A stretch of DNA of 63,048 nucleotides from a virus. Taxonomy: Duplodnaviria; Caudoviricetes. The translations under genes and the position numbers were made by a program. The stretch spans positions 1-63,048 of IMG/VR virus record IMGVR_UViG_3300049328_000002; one strand, written 5' to 3'. The notes under the pieces are model-generated. The model did not search any database, was not told the DNA's origin, and was given only the letters and a program-made list of their open reading frames with translations. This document shows positions 45,336 through 52,272 of this stretch, in pieces (position 1 is the first letter of the stretch; each line of letters begins with the position of its first letter).

Positions 45336-46571
45336 ATGTCTGTTCGCGCAGGTGGTCGTGTCGGGGGGCAGCGTTACGCTGCCAGCTCGACGTTCATGCC
45401 TTTAGCGGAACCCTTGATCTCGGCTCGAGTCGTGGTGCTGACGCCAGACTCGATCGAGGTGTATGTCACCACGCTAATTCCCGGCTACGGGGTTGTTGCA
45501 ATTGCGACTCGCGATACAGGTGCACCCACGGCGTCGCAGATCATTGATAATATCTCTGACGCAACAGGGACCGAATGCCCGTATGTGGCATTGACCGTCG
45601 TGCCGAGCGGCGAAACGTTAATAGGCACGATCGATCTGTCGACGCTTTCCGGCACTGGTCCCATATACGTTTGGATCGCCGGGGTCGGATTCGGTTACGC
45701 GGGTTATTCAAACGTGCTGGGCCCGACCGCCGTCGAAGATGACGTACCGCCGACGAAGATTCGCATCGCCTGCGGCCGTGTCGGTGGCGTGCGCTATGCC
45801 GGCCTCGGCTTCGGTGCTGCCGATAATCCGGTGGTGCCAACGAAGATCCGCATCGCCTGCGGTCGCGTGGGAGGTGTGCGCTACGCGGGTCTCGGCTTTG
45901 GTGCTGATGAGAATCCGGTGGTGCCGACCAAGCTGCGCATCGCCTGCGGCCGTGTCGCCGGTCTTCGCTATGCCGGCCGTGGCTTCGGTGCTGAAGAGAA
46001 TCCGGCGATCAACCTGGAGTTCGCGTTCGAGCCCTACCTGAACGACATCAGCTGGCACGGCTTCTCGATGATCGGCGAGGTGAACTACGACGCGGTCGCC
46101 TCGCTGGTCGTGACCGCGTTCGACGCCGAGCAGCCGAGCGACAGTGAGTTCGATGAAAGCCTCGAGCAGATGGCTGTCACAGGTGGCGATGTGTTCTTCT
46201 TCGAGCACACAGGCGAGCCGGAACCTGCGCTGCGCCGCGCGTGGATGCAGGTGCGACTCGGCGCTCAGCGCATCCTGTATTCCGATCTGGCGCTCTTGCC
46301 GCACGAAGACTTCGAGCAGGTGAGCGTCACCGACACGTCACCGTACGGCCTGCGCTTCGAGCCGCCGATCGCCGTCAACGAGATCTTGTCCTGGGGTAAC
46401 GTGGTCGGCAGTGGCACGGTGAACATCAACGAGGATACGACGTACGACGTGGACTATCGCGTCAAGGCGTTCACCGTGTACGTGGGGAATTACGAAGAGG
46501 GCTGGCGGGCCAGCGACACGCTGTTTCTCAGCGACATCACGAACGCGCTGTTCGTTGCGATGGAGCTCTAG
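45336..46571 (+). CDS. Hypothetical protein with three 29-aa repeats
   Basis: Last gene of the late operon; contains the repeats below. Confidence 0.75.
   Translation: MSVRAGGRVGGQRYAASSTFMPLAEPLISARVVVLTPDSIEVYVTTLIPGYGVVAIATRDTGAPTASQIIDNISDATGTECPYVALTVVPSGETLIGTIDLSTLSGTGPIYVWIAGVGFGYAGYSNVLGPTAVEDDVPPTKIRIACGRVGGVRYAGLGFGAADNPVVPTKIRIACGRVGGVRYAGLGFGADENPVVPTKLRIACGRVAGLRYAGRGFGAEENPAINLEFAFEPYLNDISWHGFSMIGEVNYDAVASLVVTAFDAEQPSDSEFDESLEQMAVTGGDVFFFEHTGEPEPALRRAWMQVRLGAQRILYSDLALLPHEDFEQVSVTDTSPYGLRFEPPIAVNEILSWGNVVGSGTVNINEDTTYDVDYRVKAFTVYVGNYEEGWRASDTLFLSDITNALFVAMEL
45750..46004 (+). repeat. Three 87-bp tandem repeats (PTKIRIACGRVGGVRYAGLGFGA.ENPVV)
   Basis: Units at 45750, 45837, 45924, with mostly synonymous divergence. 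Confidence 0.9.
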
Positions 46572-46789
46572 CGACGCTCGAACGTACGCTTGCGAGGCAC
46601 GAGTGCGTTGAGAGCGTCGTACCATTCCCGTTTTGTCAATTCGCGCACTTCGATCAGCGGCAGTGTCGGCTCGCAGTGCCGCGGATTGGCGTCAGGCTCA
46701 ACGTCGCAAACAACTAAGCTGGGGCAATGGAATGCTTGCGTGTATCCATCACCGTCCATGCGTTCACCGCAGCCGTTGCAGATCATCAT
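46568..46789 (-). CDS. Small Cys-rich hypothetical protein
   Basis: CNGCG...GDGYT..HCP; GGAG RBS; ATGA coupling. Confidence 0.65.
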   Translation of the reverse strand: MMICNGCGERMDGDGYTQAFHCPSLVVCDVEPDANPRHCEPTLPLIEVRELTKREWYDALNALVPRKRTFERR

Positions 46790-47169
46790 TTCTCTCCGTT
46801 GACGCACCCAGGGCACTTATCTTTGCTGTCGTAGGTCATTTCGCCAACCCAACCTGCCGCGATAGCATCTTGGCGTAGGCGATGCGCTTCCATAACCCCA
46901 TAGCCTCGTTGCGGATGAACCGCAGCAGGCTTGCCGCGATACTCGGCACCGCAGTAGTCGCAGTTCAAGCAGAGCTGCCCGTCAGCCATTGGATTCTCCT
47001 TCCCGCTGATTAATTCGTTGATAACCGACTCGCGGTCTGCCTCGATATCAGCATCGTCTCGCATATCGTCGCCGCACCCATGGCCGCGATCCCAGGCTTT
47101 TCGCAGCAGCTCGCGCAATTCCCTATCTGTGAGAATCTTCATTTCGTACGGCTCGATCTCGCCAGCCAT
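46786..47169 (-). CDS. Hypothetical protein with C-terminal Zn ribbon
   Basis: CDYC...CPGC. Confidence 0.65.
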   Translation of the reverse strand: MAGEIEPYEMKILTDRELRELLRKAWDRGHGCGDDMRDDADIEADRESVINELISGKENPMADGQLCLNCDYCGAEYRGKPAAVHPQRGYGVMEAHRLRQDAIAAGWVGEMTYDSKDKCPGCVNGEK

Positions 47170-47310
47170 TCCAACTGCAGCCAGGTGAGCAGCCCTGGTG
47201 CCCGCAGATCGGGACCGATCCAGCCGAACTCACGACGGCAGTAGGTGCGTGTGCCGATGGTGATTTGTATGGGGTCTTTCATATCTCACTCCTCGCGCTG
47301 TGGTTATCTG

Positions 47311-47547
47311 TCATTTCGCTTTCCAACCTCCGTCACGATATTCGCCGTCAGTCAGCGAGACGACGTATGTTGCTTTCGTTCGCCAGCTCGCGTCGCACTC
47401 GACGCACACGACATGACTGTAGTCACTCGGCGTGTAGTGTCTGCCGTTAAACGCGGAGTAGTTGCACAGCCGATCAATCACCAGCCAGGCGCGTTGCGTG
47501 ATCGGCTTTTTCTTTTCAGGGCACTTGCAGGAGGGGCCGCCGCTCAT
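47311..47547 (-). CDS. Small Cys-rich hypothetical protein
   Basis: GGAGG RBS; CKC...SAFNG..TPSDYS...CVEC. Confidence 0.7.
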   Translation of the reverse strand: MSGGPSCKCPEKKKPITQRAWLVIDRLCNYSAFNGRHYTPSDYSHVVCVECDASWRTKATYVVSLTDGEYRDGGWKAK

Positions 47548-47810
47548 CACGCATTCCCTCCCGTGTGCGCGAGCAGAGAATTGACAGCTTCGCGATTGCC
47601 GGTCTGTATGTTCTCGGTGACGAGCTTCATCACCATATCGGTCGTGTATTTGGTCTGGTCTTGGAGCGCGATGACCTGGCCGACGAAGTGCGAAAGGATG
47701 GCGAGAATTTCTTCGGCGGTGAGCTCGAGACCGCCTTCGCGGATCGACTGCTCGAGCGCCTTCCTGAACTTCAGGTGCCGTTCGTCGGGGGTGACGATTT
47801 TCGTTTTCAT
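47547..47810 (-). CDS. Hypothetical protein
   Basis: GGAG RBS before MKTK. Confidence 0.75.
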   Translation of the reverse strand: MKTKIVTPDERHLKFRKALEQSIREGGLELTAEEILAILSHFVGQVIALQDQTKYTTDMVMKLVTENIQTGNREAVNSLLAHTGGNA

Positions 47811-47835
47811 TGTTGTTCTCCGAAGAATCTGGATG

Positions 47836-47986
47836 GCGGCAGCAGGCGTCGTCGTACAGCAGTGACGCGGTAAGATCCCGAGAGATCTGTTTGAAGTACC
47901 TTTCACTCGGGTCGCCGTGGTGAGTGGCGTTCAAGGCACGGGCACCATCCCGTTCTAACCTACCCGGCGACGACGCCTGCCACCGC
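47836..47986 (-). ncRNA. Candidate structured RNA / 5' leader
   Basis: 19-bp closing stem with G-U pairs on the minus strand; internal hairpins. Confidence 0.4.
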
Positions 47987-48000
47987 ACGAGGCTAGTAAA

Positions 48001-48035
48001 TCACCTCTTTGTTGACTCTGTCAACCATTTGTGGA
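48001..48035. promoter_or_regulatory. Tandem TCAAC-N5-GTTGA boxes (20-bp period)
   Basis: TCACCTCTTTGTTGA at 48001; TCAACCATTTGTGGA at 48021. Confidence 0.7.
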
Positions 48036-48044
48036 ATCGAGGAT

Positions 48045-48359
48045 CTACAAAGAATCGCCTTCGAAGAAGATCCGTTGCCTCGACAGGTACTCGTGCCGCG
48101 CCAGCTCGATGCACCCCTGGCCGTCTGCGGTGTCGTCCAGTCGTTCACCGGGCAGCGTTGTGAAGAAGCTATCGCTCTCCGGGTGCTCCCAGTAGCGCAC
48201 ACCGGGCAGGTCGTGCTCGATGTGCAGGTCGTGCAGCAACGCGTGCAGCGCTGTGAGCAGGCCGTGCTGCGCCTCGCGCGGCGTCGAGCGCACGGCTTCA
48301 AGGTTCGCCCATTTACGGAGTAGTGCTATGCCGTGCGCCCGATCGTCGGCGTATTTCAT
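48045..48359 (-). CDS. Hypothetical protein
   Basis: AGGAGG RBS; RYWEHPESDS motif. Confidence 0.7.
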   Translation of the reverse strand: MKYADDRAHGIALLRKWANLEAVRSTPREAQHGLLTALHALLHDLHIEHDLPGVRYWEHPESDSFFTTLPGERLDDTADGQGCIELARHEYLSRQRIFFEGDSL

Positions 48360-48625
48360 TTTGGTGTGTCCTCCTTAAAGACAATGAATGTTTCGAATAT
48401 CCAGCCGTCCAGCTTGCCGAGTTGCGGCGGGGCAAAGGACGGACGCCCATTAGGGTAGCGACTGTCTTTAACCTCGATCCTTTCCTGAGTCAGCTTTAAG
48501 CCGCGGGCATCGAGCGCCTGACGATAACGCTGATTCCAGAACTGATCGTCGCCACCTTTTTCCGCTTCGCGCCATGCAGCGCGCACATGCTGCTGGTAGT
48601 CAGCAGGGTTGGCTTTGGTCGTCAA
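48356..48625 (-). CDS. Hypothetical protein (paralogous to the C-terminal half of 51403-51909)
   Basis: GGAGG RBS; WNQR...AL..RGL...D.RYP. Confidence 0.7.
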   Translation of the reverse strand: MTTKANPADYQQHVRAAWREAEKGGDDQFWNQRYRQALDARGLKLTQERIEVKDSRYPNGRPSFAPPQLGKLDGWIFETFIVFKEDTPK

Positions 48626-49132
48626 TTAATGAACCCTCCCTGGCGATTCGATGTTGCTGATGTCGTCATACGACATTCGTTTTCTCGTGTTGATCATACC
48701 GCGTGCAGTACGTAGTTCAGCACGTACTCTCATAAGGATTTCACCGAGTTTATTTTTGCCGATGCCGTTGCAGGTGCCCCAATACCAGTCGTTCCAGGTG
48801 TTCACCTCGACGATAACTAACTCACCCGTGTCGATCATCTTCTGTTCCAGCTTCGGATCGCGGAACTTACTGCGTACAAGAGTGAGCATGATTTCAAACC
48901 GTGCCTCGCTCCAATCGTCGCGTCTGTTTGATAGCAGCATGCCGAGCTGCTTCGCCTTGGCCGGACCTTCCGCTCGACTGATCACGTAGCGCGCCTGCTC
49001 ATCAAACGTCTTTGCAGCCTGGTAAGCGTGCTCAACGGTGAAGTAGGTCCGGCCTTCGAACTCGACGTTAGCTGGATAGAAGTTCGACAGGAATTTGTAC
49101 TGTCCCTTTAACCCGAAAATCCCCGTGCTCAT
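48626..49132 (-). CDS. NADAR family (YbiA-like) hydrolase
   Basis: FLSNFY, TVEHAYQAAK, D.YWG, G.N.LG.ILMRVR. Confidence 0.92.
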   Translation of the reverse strand: MSTGIFGLKGQYKFLSNFYPANVEFEGRTYFTVEHAYQAAKTFDEQARYVISRAEGPAKAKQLGMLLSNRRDDWSEARFEIMLTLVRSKFRDPKLEQKMIDTGELVIVEVNTWNDWYWGTCNGIGKNKLGEILMRVRAELRTARGMINTRKRMSYDDISNIESPGRVH

Positions 49133-49397
49133 GTTGAGACTCCCTCGCTTTCTTGATTTGTCGTCGCCAGAAGTCAGAGTGCGCACGTAGCGACTTCGGC
49201 CCTTTGACCGCCGCGCGTGGTGGCGCATCGCCGTTAAGTCGTTCGGGCGCTAAAAGGATCTGCACAGCCAGGCAAATCACCTGAAGCGCTCGCGTGCTGG
49301 AGATGCCGTGCGCTGCCGCAGCCTTGCCCAGCGTCTCTCCGTTAAGTGTGCGTTCGATCAGATCTAGCGACCGAGCGAAGTCCTTCACGCCGCTCAT
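49068..49397 (-). CDS. HTH protein (sigma region 4-like)
   Basis: GETLGKAAAAHGISSTRALQV; start uncertain. Confidence 0.55.
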   Translation of the reverse strand: MSGVKDFARSLDLIERTLNGETLGKAAAAHGISSTRALQVICLAVQILLAPERLNGDAPPRAAVKGPKSLRAHSDFWRRQIKKARESQHEHGDFRVKGTVQIPVELLSS

Positions 49398-49558
49398 GTC
49401 GCGTACTCGGGCAATTCTGTGATGCAGTGCAGCATCGTCATCTCCGTGCGTTGTGTACCCTTGCCGAGAGGTTGCCACAAGACGAACGCCATTCCCATAT
49501 TTAGGGAATCACCTATCTCCTAGCTAGAAGCCGGCGGTCATTTGCATGGACCGCCGAT

Positions 49559-49801
49559 TTGAAGCAACGCCACAGCAGACGCCACAAGGCTTTACGAGCA
49601 ATTCTGAAAGAGACCCGGTTAAAAGCCGGCCTGCGCCAAATTGATCTTTGCAAGCGCCTGGGGCGCGACAAGAACTACGTCTCGCACATCGAAGTCGGCG
49701 ACCGCATGCTCGATGCGCTCGAGTTCATCGACTACGCGGAGGCGCTTGGCGTGCAGGCCGCATGGTTGATCACCAAGTTGAAGCGGCGCGGGCCGTTCTA
49801 G
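49559..49801 (+). CDS. XRE-family HTH regulator
   Basis: LKETRLKAGLRQIDLCKRLG...YVSHIEVGDR.LD..EF. Confidence 0.85.
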   Translation: MKQRHSRRHKALRAILKETRLKAGLRQIDLCKRLGRDKNYVSHIEVGDRMLDALEFIDYAEALGVQAAWLITKLKRRGPF

Positions 49802-50214
49802 TCCGTACTCGCGAAGCCAGTGTGCTTGCTGGCCATGTGGCTCGCCAGGTTCGCGAACGTGCGGTTGCAGCACGGGCATACACCGGCTGCGACGCGGTTC
49901 TTCAATCGCGTTTTAGCCGCTTTCTGCGCACGCTCTCGATGACTCGCCATCTTCGCTTCAGCTTTCGCCGCAGCCGTGCGTTGCCGCTCGCGTGCGATCT
50001 CCGCGTCCTGCTGCTCGACTCGCGCTCTGAGTCGTTCCGCTTCGGATTTGCTGCCATACGCCTGGCCGTGTCCGAACGGGCAGTAGAGCCTCTCGTGGGA
50101 ATTGCGCAATCGACTGTCCGTCCGGTCGTCAACGGCAAAGACGACGTGACAGCTGCAGCACTCGATCGTGACGAACTTAATGCCTATTGCTAACCCGTAG
50201 CCGGTTGCGCTCAT
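49798..50214 (-). CDS. Zn-finger / coiled-coil protein
   Basis: CCSC, YCPFGH, CPCCNRTF.NL..HM..KH. Confidence 0.8.
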   Translation of the reverse strand: MSATGYGLAIGIKFVTIECCSCHVVFAVDDRTDSRLRNSHERLYCPFGHGQAYGSKSEAERLRARVEQQDAEIARERQRTAAAKAEAKMASHRERAQKAAKTRLKNRVAAGVCPCCNRTFANLASHMASKHTGFASTD

Positions 50215-50786
50215 GGTTGCACCGCCCGCCGGGAGAAGGTTGTTCGCGCTCTTCGAAATATCCCCAGCGTTAATTTACTGAAGTCATAATCAAGCGATGC
50301 GATTCGACGCTCGTCTGCCCATATTGGATGAGTGTCTTCGATAAACTGCGCGAACGGTTCCAGCGCTTTTTCCAACTCGACGATGCGCGCTTTCAGTTTG
50401 CCGATCTCCGACACACGATCGCGCCAACCGGGAATAAAATGATCGAGTTCTTCTGTTGCGAACCCACCGCGGCAGTTACAACCTTCGAGATCGACGAGTG
50501 CCTTCTGTTCGCCGTATTGTTTGCAGTAGGAGTCGTACGCTTCAAGGTGCATTGACCACGGGATACCTGGCGCATACCCCTGCACAGGCGCGATCTTTTC
50601 GACCGGCAACTTAGCGATGCGATCGAGGTCGGCGTACATATCACGCATCGCCTTCAGCTCGTGCTCGTGGTGCAAGCGATCGTCGGCGTCGGCTTCCAAC
50701 TCGATAAGACGTTGAAGCGCGCTCTGCCATGCGTCGCGATGTGACTCAAGGTTGTCGGGTTGAATTTTCATCACGTCAGTCCTCAC
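50211..50786 (-). CDS. Hypothetical protein
   Basis: Coupled ORF, 191 aa. Confidence 0.7.
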   Translation of the reverse strand: MRTDVMKIQPDNLESHRDAWQSALQRLIELEADADDRLHHEHELKAMRDMYADLDRIAKLPVEKIAPVQGYAPGIPWSMHLEAYDSYCKQYGEQKALVDLEGCNCRGGFATEELDHFIPGWRDRVSEIGKLKARIVELEKALEPFAQFIEDTHPIWADERRIASLDYDFSKLTLGIFRRARTTFSRRAVQP

Positions 50787-51406
50787 AGTTCGTCGTCATC
50801 GTCGACAGTGACAGGCTCGTCCTTCGGCACGTTGAACTTCGCGACGAAGTCCTTGCCGCGAAACCCCTTCATCGCAGCGGCGATCTTCTGCATGCCGTAG
50901 CTGACGATCAGCGCCTGGAATTTCGCATCGTCGAGCGCGTTGTGGGCCGTGCCGACATCCTTCACCTCGCGGCCGGTCATCTCAGCCAATTCGATGAGCG
51001 TGCGTACGTCGCGCGTCTTCGTGAAATGCCAAGGCTCGGCCAGGCCGACAGACCGATAGGCTGACTTGAGCCAGGCGCCGTCTTCGCACGGACCCTTGAA
51101 CCAGACTGTCGGCACGTCGGCGCTGCGGATGGTGGTGCCGATCACGTCGAGCGCTTCGCGCAGCTTGACCTTGCTCGGCTTATCGCTGAACACGTCACGC
51201 GCGACCGGCGATTGCGTCACCCACCAGCGCAGCGTACTGCCGTCGATATGCCCGTGCCTGATCGTGTCGTCGATGTCGATCTCGAAGTATTGCTGGCCAC
51301 CGAGCTTGCCGGTCTCGGGATCGAAGCGGACGACGCCGATCGACAGGATGGCCGGGTTGTTGGTCGAGACGCCCAGGGTCTCGCAGTCAATGCTGAAGTG
51401 GTTCAC
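50783..51406 (-). CDS. DEDDh 3'-5' exonuclease (Rv2179c / ExoVIII-like)
   Basis: IDCETLG, ILSIG, TLRWW, RDVRT, HNALDDA. Confidence 0.88.
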   Translation of the reverse strand: MNHFSIDCETLGVSTNNPAILSIGVVRFDPETGKLGGQQYFEIDIDDTIRHGHIDGSTLRWWVTQSPVARDVFSDKPSKVKLREALDVIGTTIRSADVPTVWFKGPCEDGAWLKSAYRSVGLAEPWHFTKTRDVRTLIELAEMTGREVKDVGTAHNALDDAKFQALIVSYGMQKIAAAMKGFRGKDFVAKFNVPKDEPVTVDDDDEL

Positions 51407-51909
51407 GAGTGTTGGTCCTCAGTGGGTTTGAATACGATGCAACTACCCTTCGGCCATGGGGGCTCGAATCCCGGCTGCACGCTGAAAGGTTCGGGTGCCT
51501 TGTATGCGAAATCGCCGGGGTAGCGCGGATCGCGCTCTGCGTTAATCGGTCCAATCTGCAAACCGCGATTTTTCAGCGCTGCGATGAACCGCTGATTCCA
51601 CTTCTCGTCAGAGTGGCCTGCAACTCGCAGTGCCTCGCTGAGCAGTTCCCTGTATGTATCTGCCGGGATGTCTTTCAGGTCGCCGTACGGCACGTTGTTG
51701 CATCGGGCTTTGACCCCGCAATGCGAACAGGCATCGAAAGTCACGTAGACGGTCCCCGCGCTCTTGCCGGTACAGTGAACCAACCCCGTCGCGCCGGCAG
51801 GGATCACAGTGCCGCCCGTTGTAATCTCGCGCAGCAGTTCGACGCGCACGCCGACCCAGTCGCGCGCGAATTTTTTACCGCCGTATTTGCCTTTCGCAGT
51901 TGTGCTCAT
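51403..51909 (-). CDS. Hypothetical two-domain protein
   Basis: SH3-like/CxxC N-terminus; C-terminus paralogous to 48356-48625. Confidence 0.7.
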   Translation of the reverse strand: MSTTAKGKYGGKKFARDWVGVRVELLREITTGGTVIPAGATGLVHCTGKSAGTVYVTFDACSHCGVKARCNNVPYGDLKDIPADTYRELLSEALRVAGHSDEKWNQRFIAALKNRGLQIGPINAERDPRYPGDFAYKAPEPFSVQPGFEPPWPKGSCIVFKPTEDQHS

Positions 51910-52205
51910 AGCTCATCGAACTCTCCGTGAAGGCGCCAGAACCGCACGCCGGGTTGCTGGTAGATCTCGTCGCACTCGACTTCCCGCATCGTGTGCGCGA
52001 GCCCTTCGTTGTTCAGCGGCTTGCGAATGAAGTCCATGTCAGGCTTCTTCACCCCCTGGACGAAGAACGACTGGCCGGGCCGCATAGCGGCGACTCGGTC
52101 GACGAGCTTCACCAGGGCCGGGTTGCGCAACTTGGTCTTCAGCTTCCGGGTGGCACGCCGAATGGGCACGCCGTCTTCAACGACGATTTCGCCTAGATCT
52201 CGCAC
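51906..52205 (-). CDS. Small basic putative DNA-binding protein
   Basis: GGAGAGGA RBS; MRPGQSFFV...GVRFWR. Confidence 0.65.
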   Translation of the reverse strand: MRDLGEIVVEDGVPIRRATRKLKTKLRNPALVKLVDRVAAMRPGQSFFVQGVKKPDMDFIRKPLNNEGLAHTMREVECDEIYQQPGVRFWRLHGEFDEL

Positions 52206-52272
52206 TGCTGTCCTCTCCGTCTCAGTGAATCCCCCGCGGCCGGGATGGCGGGCGGGGGTGGTATCGACCTGG

